A stretch of DNA of 59,320 nt, the filler included, from Sphacelaria rigidula (taxonomy: Eukaryota), in NCBI GenBank assembly GCA_964200075.2. It is 5 parts of 5 records of this genome, joined end to end, with 100 filler letters (N's around TTAATTAATTAA, not from the genome) between each part and the next. Parts side by side here need not be neighbours in the genome. Positions count along the whole stretch, not along the records: positions 23,769 to 35,552 come from CAXNAA020004507.1; positions 35,653 to 47,436 come from CAXNAA020004508.1; 3 more parts are not named here. One strand, given 5' to 3'. Position 1 is the stretch's first letter; the number at the start of each line of letters is the position of its first letter. Shown here piece after piece: positions 23,869-37,110 of the stretch. The notes below the pieces were generated by a model. That model searched no databases. It worked only from the letters and a program-made list of their open reading frames with translations, and was not told the DNA's origin. The translations under genes were made by a program, and so were the position numbers.

Positions 23869-25160
23869 GAGACTGCGATTTGAACCCTGGGGGCGTTCAA
23901 CTACTGGGCATGTGTTCCTTCTCCCGCAGTATTTGTATCATAGATAGCTTCTGCTGGAAAAATGAATATCGACATCATTTCTGTAGAATGTAGATCAGGA
24001 ACCATCTGAAAATTATCGTTGCCCAATTGTTCACGTAATATATTTGTCACTACCCGTGAGGCAGGGTAAAGCTGTGGCTGTCTCTGAAAGCGGCAGTAAC
24101 ATAAAATAAAGCAACTCATTGTAGGCTGTGATCCAAATGCAAGATAATCAGTAGGCTCCGGGCCGAACACACCACAGCGCTTCGCGCTTGATGATTGAGT
24201 GCGAGCCTGGTCCGGTGAAAACCTGGCGTGCTCCGTCCCGGCTTTCCAGGGATTCTAGGTCAATGGTCTTATGACTATGGCATGCGACATCATGAGTACA
24301 CCCCCTCCCATATGTTATGCTTACATGTGGCCACCTATTGAGGTTGAGGGAACAGAAGAAATACCATTTCCGGCAATCTATGCTATGCCTTGCGTACATC
24401 ACGGCCTTGTAAAGAAACGCGGCATTTTCGAAAATGACTGCTACTCACTTGCCTGTTGCTATAAACGGTGACATGTTGATACAAGGGGGGAAAATCCCGC
24501 TTGGCCTCAAGTCACCGCTTCCAACAACAAAGCGTAGGCAGTAAGTAGCCTGGTCATAAGCCTCCCTAACGGCATAGCAACGGGAGGGAATCGAGAGCAC
24601 CTGCACAGGCCACAGTAGTATTGCTGACTTGGCAAGATGGTGCACAGGTAGCCGTACTGGTGCTTTGACCTTGCTCTGGTATTCGTTCTTGTTCTTGCGG
24701 ATTCCACGAGGGTGGGCATGCACTTTCGCTTTCTTGTGGTCGGGGCTGCGGCCCCCAGTACAAACGCGAGCATTTGAGTAGTCGCTGCTATTTAGGGCCG
24801 CGACTTGCGTTTGAGGGTAAATTCGGGTTATCCGATGGAAAACAAGACTGAAAAATAAATAAATCAAGCGGTGCTGCTGTGCCGTGAGTATCACGTGCAA
24901 AGGGACAAACAGCGAAGCATAGAGCGGCTTCAGACCCTTGACACTTTAACATCGGCCGCACGATACCCAGTACACCGGTGAAGTCTACTGTTGACAGCGG
25001 GTCCGAGTGCGGACGATGAGCCCGCGGGTCTGTGCAGTCGCTGACGCACTCTGAAGGTACTGATTGAATGCAGATGGTTCTGCGGAGAACCGTGAGTGAG
25101 TCGAGACAAACGGCTTCAGATATTTGAAGGCGCAAATCTGTTCCGAATTTTACACCATTA

Positions 25161-25250
25161 GTCGCGCCCTCGTGGTGATATGGTTCGAGTGCCACCAGTG
25201 GGGTGGAGAGAACGTGGGTTCGACTCCCGATGCAATGTTCTTTTTTTTTC
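25161..25250 (+). mobile_element. tRNA-derived SINE head or tRNA-like pseudogene
   Basis: A-box-like TGGTGATATGG, B-box GGTTCGACTCC (25217-27), downstream T-run; no convincing cloverleaf. Confidence 0.5.
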
Positions 25251-26924
25251 TCGCAACTATCTGATTTCCACAGTCGAAAGCGTGAGTAAGTGAATAAACA
25301 AGCAGTTGGCTAGGTTTAATAGACGACGGTTAATGCGGTGCGGAAGTGCTGACGACATCCGCGAGACTGAAATACAAGGCGTGTACCAGGAGAGACGGGT
25401 TGATTGATCCCTTGAGATCAAAGACACGTCCCGAGGAAAGAGAAGGGTTCGTAGTGCGACAAATACAGCATGATAATAAAACCTGCAAGTATTTTTTTGG
25501 AAGATTCTTTGCACAAGATCTGCCATGACTCCACCCATCAGCTCCCTCTCTTTTACGAGGTTACTATATTGTGTAAACCCTGGTTCGTTTCACGAATCGC
25601 ATTTAAGCAGTGAAGGGGAGAATGGATAATTTGCAAAAAAAAAAGAAGCCAACGCACGCACGTCCCCATGTATGGGTCCTGAGCCAAAAACACGGCTGCG
25701 ATACGAGTGGAGATTTGGATGGAATATTCAGAAGAAACGATGGGAACTCTGTTTCTTCAAGGGGATCGATGACACGGACGGTATTCGAAAGACAAGCCTA
25801 CGTCTGTGACCACGGGTTCGAGATATCGGACTAATGTGCGAGAAGAATCAAATAATAATAATAACGCGTTTTGCGAACCCCCGCTGACCTGTGCGCTACA
25901 AGACAAACGTGACAGTTCTTGGAAAACGGAAGACCCGGCACGCGTCTGCTGTCAATGGTAGGGCGGGCGGGCCAGTTCGAAAATTAGTAGTATACAGCAC
26001 AGTAACCCAGGAAAAGACACTTAGCTCCTCTCCTCTCTCTCGTGCCGCAAATTTCAGTCAACGGCCAGTACGACCTAATTGGGCACGGGTGCGGCCGCTT
26101 GATTTGCGGTGCAATGGGTTATGGTAGTCAATTGTGGGCACGTTTTGCAGTCGTTTTGGCACCCACGTAGTCGCAACACGCGGTACATGACGCGCTAAAG
26201 AGAAGGACAGTACACTTTGAGTAAGGCGTGGGTGCGGTTTCATCTCTGTGCAAAATCACAGGTCTGTCGCGCAATGCAACGGCGACCGCCATGTACATAC
26301 AGCATTATTCGCCCAGCAGAGCGCGGACGAAGAATTCCGCACTTGCTGGTTGTGCTTCTCCCGGCAACTGCAAGGGAGCGCGGGGGTTACTGAAGGGACA
26401 TGTACATTCCCTGGACGAGATGGTGGTCCGTGGAAATGGTGCAGCTGGGAACAGGTTGACGGGATAGACACACCAGTGACCAGTGCACAAGTGCACAAGA
26501 GGCATCTGGAATCAGTAGAGAGTATTCTACGTATACAGAACATTTGAGAACGTCGTAACATACACTACGTCCCCTCCCCTCAAATCGCGTCCTCTCCCAT
26601 CAAACGTCAAAACAGTTCCGTGCGTGTTCTTTCTTGAACTGCTCCACCTTCCTTGCCGGCAATACGAATTCTGCTATTGCTGCATGATCTGTCCTGACGA
26701 CTAAATGATGTACGTGGGTGGAAGAGGGCAAGTATTCGCTTATGCGTGAGGTGCGTCGAAGAATGTTCGGCTGGCTGGCCGAAGAGCACAATCCAAGTCG
26801 GGGGTAATTCAAACAAGACGCTGTCGGAGGAGTGAGAACTTATACCATCTATCATATAAAATGTCGCTCTCGGGCAGTTAGGTGTATACTACGAAATGTT
26901 AGAGCGATGTTTTTTATATCCCAC

Positions 26925-27350
26925 CTTGTACATACCACCACCACCGCCTGCGCCACGCTGTCCAGGCCTAGGGTCCACCGGCGTCAACACGTGAAACACG
27001 CCATCATAGGTACACCCTCCCACTGTCACGATCTCTGCCCTCTCTCCCATCATCCTTTTGGTCACGTTGATCCACCTATCCCGACAGGCAACTTTGTACC
27101 CATCCCCTGTTGCAGTCGCAGGCGGGAGGGCCGCAGGGGTGGTGTGGGCCGGCGGGGTGGAAAGAGCAATGCTCCGGTCATTTCTACCCCATGCATTCGG
27201 CGGGGGTGGTCCAGGGCCCCCACCGCGAGGGGCACCTGAACCCGAGTTTCCTGCGTCCCTGCTTCCAAAAGAGCCATGGCTACTCCGTCTGGGTGTAGTA
27301 GAACCTATACCCGAGCTGCCTAGACCCTTCCGTCGTGGAAGGGTTGCCAT
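26925..27350 (-). CDS. First exon of an Ataxin-2/PBP1-like protein (Sm-ATX/LSm domain)
   Basis: ATG at 27350, Gly/Pro/Ser-rich N-terminus, then DRWINVTKRMMGERAEIVTVGGCTYDGVFHV resembling the Ataxin-2 LSm fold; donor AAG|GTGGGA, 426 nt, phase 0. Confidence 0.75.
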
Positions 27351-27790
27351 GCTGCGCCGTCCAGACCTGAGGAGTGATGAGTCACGGAGGGAGGCGCGCG
27401 GCTAGGCTCTCGTCGTTGTCTACGACGGTACAGAATCGTCCGTGATATTGCCCCCCCTCCCCCCACCTTCCTAAAAGGTTTGGGGAGAGAGAATGAAGCA
27501 ACGGGGGGTATATTTCCCCGTTTTGATAGTAGGAAGCGGCGCACTGTGGCTGCCGTCCTCCTCTCTTCCAAGCTCCTTCCCCACGCCTGCTACCCCAGAC
27601 GCGCGATGCGTTGAGTTGGCCAGTGTTCACCTAAAAGCTGGAAACATAGCCGATTTCAACTGCGTTGATTTTCGTCATTTTCTAGCATACTTCCCACATT
27701 AGATTCGCTTTAGGTTCCCGTGCGTGTACCTGGATTTTTACATGCGACCCACCACGCAGGCGGTTACAAAAGTAGTAGCGTGAAGACAAG
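27351..27790. promoter_or_regulatory. Putative bidirectional promoter and 5' UTRs (440 bp)
   Basis: Lies between divergent ATGs at 27350 (-) and 27791 (+); no recognisable TE sequence. Confidence 0.5.
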
Positions 27791-28111
27791 ATGCAAGGCG
27801 TATTATTGCTCGTGACAGGCATTTTCACAAGCATCCAGTGCATATCCGCCCTAAGAACCGCCGTTGATGTGTCCCCAACACACCTGAGTGCTTCAAGATT
27901 CTCGTTGGATCGCCCACCAACATCACGACCGAACAGCGATCATGTGCTGTGTATGTCAGCCGTGGGAGAGGCAACGGATGACCCCTTCTCTAGAAAAGCT
28001 TTACTGGAGGGGGCCACTAAGGCCGCTGGAGTGATTGGGGCTGGCACGTTCCTCCAGAAGGGGTTCATCTCTGGAGTTCCGTACAACGGAAAACCGGACT
28101 TGTCCGGCAAG
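27791..28111 (+). CDS. First exon of a probable plastid-targeted protein, likely a short-chain dehydrogenase/reductase
   Basis: Hydrophobic signal peptide ending CISA|L, Ser/Thr/Arg-rich transit-like stretch, ends PDLSGK|GTTCGT (phase 0). DLSGK typically precedes the SDR TGxxxGxG motif, which was not found in this segment. Confidence 0.55.
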
Positions 28112-30119
28112 GTTCGTTTCATGAGTCATTTTTGTCGCTCACTGTCAAGAGTTGGTACCAGCACAAATCCGCTCTGCGTGTTCCACTTTCACCCAGCAAG
28201 TTTGCGGTACAGTACAGTACCGGAGAGGGTATAAGAAAAGGTAATGCCTAGTCGGGATATCGAATGTGAAGAGGTGGTGGTACATCCAGTGACATCAGAG
28301 ATCGGTCGTCGTGCGATTTCGTTGTCATGAAACCGGATTTCGAAGTGGACGGTTGACTGGACTTTTGTTGCGTTTCGTCGGGGTTTCGTGGTGTAACGGT
28401 ACAGTCAGAGGTCAACGCACACAGCTCAGCGGCATTCACCAGTATCCGTCGGTGGTTTGTCGCACTCGATGCAAATACATGCCTCACGACTGTGCTACAT
28501 AAGCCGTGGGTGACTTCCTTTGAACGGTGGGCATTCAATGCTTACCTAGGAGGGAGAAATTTCGGAGCATATTGAAATGGTAGATTAATCCTTTTGGAAC
28601 CCTCCCCTCCCGTCCCCGGGCCAGACGCCTCATTATGAGAAGCCCTGACAAAGAATAAAATATGGAAACAGAAAATACCAAAATACCGACGGCAGCCATT
28701 TTGTCTGTGGAACATAAAAAAAGACTCCAGATGCATACGTCATGGATGTACCGAAAATGAAACCCCGGAGCGGTCGGGTTGGATTTGTCCAATAATATCA
28801 CGCGACGGGCGAAGTGTGTCCATTTGTGTGCATCGACAAAACTCCCGCAAAACAGTACAAACTCCTCTATGTGTGATTTTTGTCAGTAGAACCTGTGAAA
28901 TACCTCCATTCGAGTTCGGTGCACGAATATGTCACAGTAGTATACTTGAACTTAGAGCGGCTTACAAGTATACTTGAAACTAGAGTAGTGCCCCGTTTGG
29001 TGAGCTGCATCAAGAGTTGGCGAGCGTATGAAGCCGCTCTATACGGCGACAATGATATGGCGGAACAGGTGGAAATCCCGTCGCCACATATGGAAGCGCT
29101 GAAGAGCGACCCATATGCATTTCACGTTCAGCTGGAAGAGGTGGCTGAGAAGTACGGCCACGAAGCTGCCAGGCGTTTCGCTGAAAAAGCTGCACGAGCG
29201 GTTGGGGCAGCCCATTGCCCCCCGGCGCACACCGCCCCCCCCCCGCTCGCTTACCGAACATCAGCACAATAACCGCAGAAAGAGAAAACGCTGCGAGGCA
29301 CACATAATTATGTGGGAGACATCAGGCGGACGTGATTGCCAGCGTCCAGACAGGCGACACACTGGCAAACGGTTGACAACCAATCTGGGCAGCCTTTCGC
29401 AACCAGCCTGACCCAACTATAACTACAGTCAGTGAACACACTTCACACTTCACTACAGTCCAGTATAACTGAATAACGATGTTACGATGTTCCATGCAGG
29501 AAGACAAAAGGTGTGTAATATCATTGCATGGAACCCCAACGCCGCCCACGAGGAGAGGCGGTCCGAACGCAATAGCGCAAGCCGGAGTGACAGACCTCAC
29601 GCAGCACACAGTGTGGTGCTGTAACGTTCAGGCATGATCAACCCGCAGTGTAGAGGTGGTGTCGTGGAAACGTACAGCACGAAGCGCAGGATAATATATG
29701 CGGTAAAATCACAGCCGACGGAGTGACAGCCTGTATCGGATATGCCAAAGTAAGGCCCCGCCTATGCTGCACCAGGAGTATGTATAACGGCGGGGTACAT
29801 GGCATCCTCGTCGACGTAATGTAATGATCAAGGTGCAGTGTGGTGCCGTAGTAATGCCGACGACGGAGCGCAGTAACGTGCAGGACGTGAGTTTACACTT
29901 GAGATAAGTTGAAAATATGATGATCACACGTAGTACGGAGAAGTAGGTGAACACATCCCCACAGGGCCTGACGGTAACTGTCTCCAAATACAGGCAGTAG
30001 ACGGGGGTATAACTGAGGTAAATGTGCCGTCGGCGTCGCCTTTGTTATTGCAGCTTAGGGGCAGGCTTTCCATGATGCGGCACGAAGCATCTACTACAGG
30101 TGCGGCGTGAAAATTGCTT

Positions 30120-30348
30120 CGTGCCCATGCACTCTGGCGGGGGTTAGAAAACACCGACGGGCCGAGCAATTCGTCATACCCGTAAAATAGAGAACCTTCT
30201 TTTCTTTCCCGTTCCATTTGCACGGGTCTGAAGAACACGCTGTGGGCGAATCGTTTGCTCAAAGGCTGAAAAAAACAACCATTTCTTGCCCAAAAAAACG
30301 TCAAATGTAAACCGTCAATTTTCCATCAACGGTTCCAAAAAGGTTGAT
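30120..30348 (+). repeat. Dispersed repeat shared with 47900-48135
   Basis: Near-identical tract ending aaacgtcaaatgtaaaccgtcaattttccatcaacggttccaaaa. Confidence 0.85.
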
Positions 30349-31142
30349 AATTGCAGAACTTTTCACGACAACAAAGGATATGACATGGCACCTGGTATCA
30401 AGTCAATCCTTCGCGCAGGACGAGGGGACGGGAGCGGACGGGGTGGAATACATAAGGAATTACTGGGACGGGACGGGACGGGACGGAAAGTGCGGACCCG
30501 GAAACTCGTCGAGACGGGACGGGTGCCTTTTCCGTTCTTTAAATCGACGAAGGGAGGGGGTTACCTGTCCTGTCCCGTCACTCGGGACCAGGGAACCTCG
30601 TCCCTTGAGATACCATCCTGCCCCAACGGCAAATACGAACCCTGTCCCCCGAGATCCCGTCTCCCATCCTCGCGGGGAAGTGTACATCAGCATTTCGAAA
30701 CAACGCTTTGAAACAAGAACTTGCTGAACAATTTCGGGGCGCACGAACAGAGCAACCAACATCCGTTTCAACATACTAGCGATGGCTTAGTTGAAATATG
30801 GCAAGAGCAACAGCAGAATTCAAACTAGCACCAAGGAATCCAATACTCCATCATGAACTCGGACGACCCTGGTTGAGCTTCTTGGTTACACCAAGCATTC
30901 GACTCGTATTCCTCATGATCGTGAACGTTCATGTCAGCACTGTACGGTACGGTACATGAGCACCGCAACCTACAAGCTCGGGATGCCTTCTGATTGATGA
31001 TCGATTGTCGCACCTTGACTGATGCCCCGGAGATCCACCCGTGGTCACATAATAAACGTACCCGAGATGAAAACAAAGTGGAAATACTCGCTGAAAAAAG
31101 GAAGAAAACATAAACGCAAAACAGACAAACAGAGTAGACTCA

Positions 31143-31618
31143 GACCGACTCTAACGGGAGCCGTTCAAAATTCCTTTTTAAAACGGCCCTTTGGGCCCTT
31201 CTCCGTCATTTTACGCCTGAAAAGAGGGCCAGGCGGATATTGACGCCTTGGAAGGACTTGCTCTCCTCATTGAGACCTTTCCAGGGCAACTTTGCATTTC
31301 CCGCTCGCGGCACTTTTATGTTTGGCCGAACACTGTTTTTCAATGAGAAACGGTCAAGCGATCAAAAAAAATACTGAGGAAGGTTTCGATCACCTGATCG
31401 ATTTTTACTGAAAATTCGTGTTTGGCCTGATTCGTTCAAAAACAAAAGTGCGGCCGACGGGAAATGTAGAATGGCCCTAGAACGGTCTCAACGAGTCGAG
31501 CAAGTCATTCCAAGGTGTCAATATCCGTCTAGCCCTCTTTTCAAGCGTAAATCGACGGAGAAGGGTCCAAGAGGCATTTTTCGACAGGAATTTTGAACGA
31601 CTCCCATTGGAGTTGGCC
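31143..31618. mobile_element. PIF/Harbinger (Tourist-like) foldback MITE
   Basis: ~230-bp inverted arms: gaccgactctaacgggagccgttcaaaattcc / ggaattttgaacgactcccattggagttggcc; flanked by TCA and TAA, resembling a 3-bp TWA TSD. Confidence 0.75.
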
Positions 31619-32089
31619 TAAGATAGGGAAGACAAAAGGAAAGAACAAAACAAAGACAGAAACAAATATATTCGTGGCCGCCCTCTGCAACATGGCTTCT
31701 GTGGAAAAGATTTTGCGCAAAATCCACACCCATCCTCAATCGCAAAAAATAAAGCGTCATGGGAACAGATTGCAGCTCATCTACTTCGACCTTACTATCT
31801 TGGATATGAAGCTCTCATCTCTGAACCCTACGGAAGCGAGGCATCGCACTGCTACTTGAATACACCAGGAGGGAAAGAACACACATGAAGAGAGATGGGG
31901 AGAGAACGAGAGAACAGAGGAGACTGCAGAAGTGATGAAACTCAAAGGACACAGTACAGTACAGTCGGTATAAACACACAAGCCAGGGAGCACCGCAGAA
32001 CCACCGACCGAGGACAAAGTCAATAACCTATGAGACAAGACAGGAGTACATCAGCTTCCGTGTTAGCCCAATTTATCGCGTTCATCCCT

Positions 32090-34760
32090 AGTCGGGTACA
32101 AGGCGGGCCATTCTCTCCGTTATTTTCACCTTGGATTCCTCGCGAGCTCTTGTTGTGCTAGCAAGGGCAGTTTCCCGATTGGCGACTCTCGACGCAGCAG
32201 ACTCTCGTTTGTGGCGGCGGTCGTTCCATTCTCGCTTCTCTTCGCGTCGCCACGTGTCCTCGAACTCTTCCGGCCCTTTCTCGACCCCAACATCCCATTT
32301 CCCCATCTACTTCGCCGCAGTGACCCGATTGTGTGTGTTGTGAGCCTTTACATGGCTGATGCACCATTTCCGGCGTACTTCTTTTCGTGGACATGCCTTC
32401 CAGGACACGTAGGTTCTCCTGGAGATTTTCCCTACACTGTTTGGGGGTGCCGTCAACCTCCGTTGCCCCCTGTGCGGCTAACCGTCCGTGCATGACGCGT
32501 TTGGGAAGGTGTGTTTCGTCCTGCCAGACAAGGGCCGCCGCAAAACCAGAGTTGACGCTTGTGGGTAAGTCGTTTCGATACGTCCGCAGATGGTCATCTC
32601 GAGCACGGCTCTGTACGAAAGAATCTTGTACGAGTTCGATCCTTCCTATGAAGTCCGACCACTCGCAGCAAAAACTCGTGATGGGCAGTGCGCGGATTGT
32701 CGAAATACTCAGAACATAACGTCCATGTGGCACATACCCGTACAACCGAGCTTCCACCACCTCCGCTCTAAGCAGCCGGACTTTCAAGCATAACTTGGCG
32801 TTGCATTGATTATCGAGCGGAGAACTATACTTTCGGGCATGTGCCCACGCCGCGCTGATGCGGGGATTGATTTCGGACATCCGCGCTGACAACACCAACA
32901 AGGTGGACGAACTTGGCCGTCTGCTCATACCATTGACCGACCACGCTTATATGCAGGGTGGTCTCTGAAGAGCTGGATGCTAGCAGCAGGAGGATGGACT
33001 CCGTCTTGTTCTCCGATACCGTCAACCCGAATTCCTGACAAGTCACCTCTACCACGACCGTCAGCCCAGCAAGGCCGTCGGGCGTCCTCGAGACTACAGT
33101 ATAATGGTGACAGTGCTATCGGTCGTTGCGCAATGCGTTCGATGACGGCTCGGTCGATGGTTGCCGATATGATGGTCAGTAATGTGAAGAAGTACCCGCC
33201 CCTTCTCTCATAGATTACACCTTTGTCACCCAATACGTCCCCGTCCTCGTCTCCGATGTACTGCTTGCTCTCAACTTGCCCTCCGGACTGTTTCCACTAT
33301 CCCGTGAGATGTCTGTACCATCCTCTCATGTCCCCCACTCGAATATACTCCAACATCTCCAGCACACACATTCAGGTACTTGTCCACACGATTTGGTTCC
33401 ACCTCTTCGCACGCTGCTGGCACTGCGGCCATGCGGGTTTTGTCTCTCGATAGCCCCAGTCGCACCTTTGGGCTCGCCCTCTCTCCCAATATTCCAGGCC
33501 TGTTCCAACTCCTTCGAATGCCGGTATTCTCGAACCACCCCGATATACATCGCTTTCGGGCCAGACGGGGTACCACCTTTTCAGCGGCACTCAGGAATAG
33601 GTCGGCAAAATTGTACTTTGTACTGACTGTATCGCCAGGTCTACCTTGTTTGAGCTCGCGGATTATGAGCTAGGTGAGTTGCTGGCATCTATCGGTGTCA
33701 GATATATTTGCCCGCCTATCGATCAGCTTGCGCTAAATTGGGATTTGCCTAGGTTCTGTTGTGTGCTAAGCGATCAAGGCGCTGCACTGAGGCGCATATG
33801 ATATTAGAGAATTTCGAAAAACGCTTTTTTTGTCATTTCAGAGTGCAAACATCTCAGGATCAGAGCGTAACGAAAAGTTGTATCCCCCTCCGTTAAATGT
33901 GGTATCCCCCCAACTGTTTTTCGATGAGTTTTTTTTCTTCATTCTGCACTCTGATCCTGAGATATTTGAACTCTGAAGTGACAAAAAAACGTTTTCTGAA
34001 ACTCTCCATTGTTGTCGGAGTCCGGCGAGTTGCGTGGTTGAAGGTGGACGGTGACGTTGCGAGCAAGCCGTCGGTGATCTTGCCGTCTGAGGATGCAGTC
34101 GACGCGTTTTTTGTCCGCGGGACGATTCGCGAGTTTAGTAAAGAGCTGTCGTAACTGTCGTTGGATCGGGAATCCCGGCCGTTTGCCTCAACCTTCTTGT
34201 ATTCCTCCTCGCCTGTTCGCGCCTCAGTCCCATCGCTAGCGTCCATTAAAGTAGACAGGTGGCGTTTGCTGGGGACTTGGTTCACACTACTGTCCAACTC
34301 AGTCCAGAACATATCGCTCTCTCCTCCTGACTTTGAGATGTGTTGTGGCATGGGCAACTAGAAACGTAGCAGCATTTTGATTTGCCCGCGAGGTTGAACG
34401 TCACCGACATGGGGCGTTCGCTGATGAGTGCCTGAGTCCACTGCGCCTTATCTATGGTCGACACCTTGACCGCCAACCCGATCCCATGCTGTTCAGCCCT
34501 TTCCTTGCCCCTCTCCGCACCGCAGCAGAAAACGCGATATCCCGCCGCGACGAACTCCGTGCGTTCCGCTCTTCTTGTCTCCTGTAGTCTGATGAAGCCA
34601 CATCCCAACGCTCGACACTTTTGCAGAAGCACGTCAGCATGGCCAACTCTGTTCTTTCCCGTGAAGGGCATTGTACGGACGTTATATAGATCCCCATCTT
34701 TAACCCCCTCGATACGCAATCTTGTTCTCACCTTCTCTACAATTTCACGTATTTCTCTTT
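32090..34760 (-). mobile_element. Degenerate, internally deleted RTE-clade LINE (APE endonuclease plus RT remnants)
   Basis: YNVRT...LQETRR...HGIGLAVK (APE); FWTELDS; FGLTVSENKTE; RISAAW...LKVRLLRAEVVEARLYG; LPKRVMHG; many stops and frameshifts. Confidence 0.9.
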
Positions 34761-35552
34761 GTTCTGCCCTCCTTTTCAGTCTGCCTCGCCGTCATACTTT
34801 ACGTGCGAGTTTTTGTCTCTGTTCCAATTTTACTTCAGCACGTCGGTCACGGTACTTGCCTTGCGCTTTGGGTTCTCGCGGGGAGAGCGTAGCTATCCCA
34901 GTCCGCGTCGGCCGCTAGCTTCAGTCCCCCGAATCTGGTACTTACTCCGACGAGTCTCATCTCCATCAAAGTGCTTTCCGTGACAGTGTCCCAACTCCGG
35001 GCAAAAAAGCGATCAATGTCAAAACGTGCCGCACATCTGGCACTAATCCGAGTTGCGCATGGAGCACATATTTTCGTTGAGATTTGTCCTGTTCACGGGA
35101 CTTCCCTTGGAGTATGACAGGAAAAGTCCAAGACGTCCCGTGGCAACGGAAAACGAGAAGAAGAAAGCGAGAAGGTGGTCGGGGTTGGACGTGCACTTCT
35201 CCCGTCGCCCGAAAAAACGATGGGCTAGGGCGGGTACTTTCCCGTTGCCTGCAAAAATGGCGGGGCGGGACGGGAAAATTGGCAATATGTTGCAACGGGA
35301 GAAGATGGGCCATCCCGTCTGGCCTCGGCGGATATCCGTTGAAATTCTCGTCCCGTGGACAACCCTGGTTATTTGTGCCGCCGCGTCTGGTGGTGTAGCT
35401 GGGCCAATAATGGGCAGTTAGAACGGAATGATATGGAGTTGAATTCTGACAGATGAAAGCATTTTTGAGCAGAACTTGGCTTTTGTCTCTAAGGCCGCGT
35501 CTAATATTAGACACAAATAAAAACCCGGAAAAATGTATTTTTGGAGCTTTTA

Positions 35553-35652
35553 NNNNNNNNNNNNNNNNNNNNNNNNNNNNNNNNNNNNNNNNNNNNTTAA
35601 TTAATTAANNNNNNNNNNNNNNNNNNNNNNNNNNNNNNNNNNNNNNNNNNNN
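35553..35652. other. Artificial linker N44-TTAATTAATTAA-N44
   Basis: Identical spacer. Confidence 0.99.
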
Positions 35653-36625
35653 CCAAAGAGCAGAGATCCTCCATCCAACGAACGTTCCTGGAACACTCTT
35701 CATTGTGCACATGATTATTCGATGTGCAGACATCAGCCATACTGTATCTCCCATCGACTATCCAGAACACATTGTATATCTGTGTCTTCCAACAAGCTGA
35801 CGAGCCACGGTAGCCGACCAAGAGTCATATCCAACGCTCAATTACTCCGACATCTGATGTACACAGCGCCACGGTACATTATCGACGCCAGTTCCTTCAA
35901 ATACCATAACAATAGCCCACTCTAAAAGGTGAGCATGGAAAAGCTCGAAGAGCTTCGAAGGCTCACGTTTTACCATCTCCCACACCACAGAAATAGTAAA
36001 AAAATTAATTCAAGGGCAAAGAACTCCGGCAGTATGACAATGGAGTTCCAGCCGCGGCGCAGGGTCGATGTGGTTGCGCGATCGGCCAGGCTCGGGTACG
36101 CACCGAGGAGGCGCATGGCCTGTCAACTACAACCTAAAAGACAAGCAGGTCACCCGGCCGGTCAAATTCAACCCATCAACATCAAATACAGAAAAGCTAT
36201 ACGCCGCCGATAGTAATTGCGCGTTAGGCGGATGGTCTAACGACCAACACTCTGGAAGCCCACTCAAGCCGGACTATTCCTCAGACAACGGGAACTGTTT
36301 TATCCTCAGTCGAACGAACATCAAGGAGGAGCGCAACACTAGCGATAGGATTTCACGTTCATCGGTCTCAAGGGGCCCGCCAAGGCATAACGATAAAGAA
36401 GACATCACTTTCAACTTTGAGATAGTGCATGCAAAAACTCACACCGGTGGAAAAGACCAACGAGAGAGCTCGCGGTATATAATCTCGGAGCGGCAGCAGT
36501 TGCCGGTTGAAGCTCCAGGACCGTGCAGCGATAATCGCCGCGTGGCGCGTACTGAGGAAGCCCGCGGGGAGTGTTCATTCGTTTTTGCACACGCCGACGA
36601 ACAAAAACCACCATCATACCCAAAA

Positions 36626-37110
36626 ACACGTGACAATCTGCTGAGGGAGCCCTTGGGGTCTCCGGAACACTTACTGACGAAGCCCTTGGGGTATCGGTCA
36701 TCCGTTTTCGCAAATGTTCGGTTGAAGAGAAGAGACGGGGTGTCTCGAGTAACGATTCACGAGGGAGTGAAAGTCGTGGAGACGCAGGAACAAAAAACAA
36801 GAAAATGAAATAAACGAGAGAGAAAAAAAAGTATAATGGACACCAACACATGACAATTTGCTGAGGAAGCCCTTGGGGTATCGGTCATTGGCACAGATGT
36901 CGAACACACGGCCGGTTATATAAAGGAACACTTACTGAGGAAGCCCTTGGGGTATCGGTCATCCGTTTTCGCAAATGTTCGGTTGAAGAGAAGAGACGGG
37001 GTGTCTCGGGTCCGACAGGCCACTACAACGGCTTGTGATTGTGGCTCCCGTGAGGTCGGAGAGACGCAGAAACAAAAACAAGAAAAACCGAAACGCTGAG
37101 CGAGGGAAAA
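36626..37110 (+). repeat. Imperfect direct repeats with a fourfold motif ctga(c/g)g(a/g)agcccttggggt
   Basis: 36626-36830 approximates 36846-37110; an ~85-bp core from ggaacacttactga to ggggtgtctcg is nearly identical. Confidence 0.8.

Noticed and set aside
25161-25250. Functional tRNA gene
   Set aside because: A and B boxes are present, but there are no convincing acceptor or anticodon stems; treated as a SINE head.
26600-26700. Second Ataxin-2 exon (EFVLPARKVEQF)
   Set aside because: Superficially LSm-like, but I found no phase-0 acceptor that places it in frame with exon 1.
36670-36700. Hammerhead ribozyme (CTGACGA followed by a short stem)
   Set aside because: The required GAAA after stem II is absent; a similar candidate at ~1893-1925 lacks the CTGANGA core.
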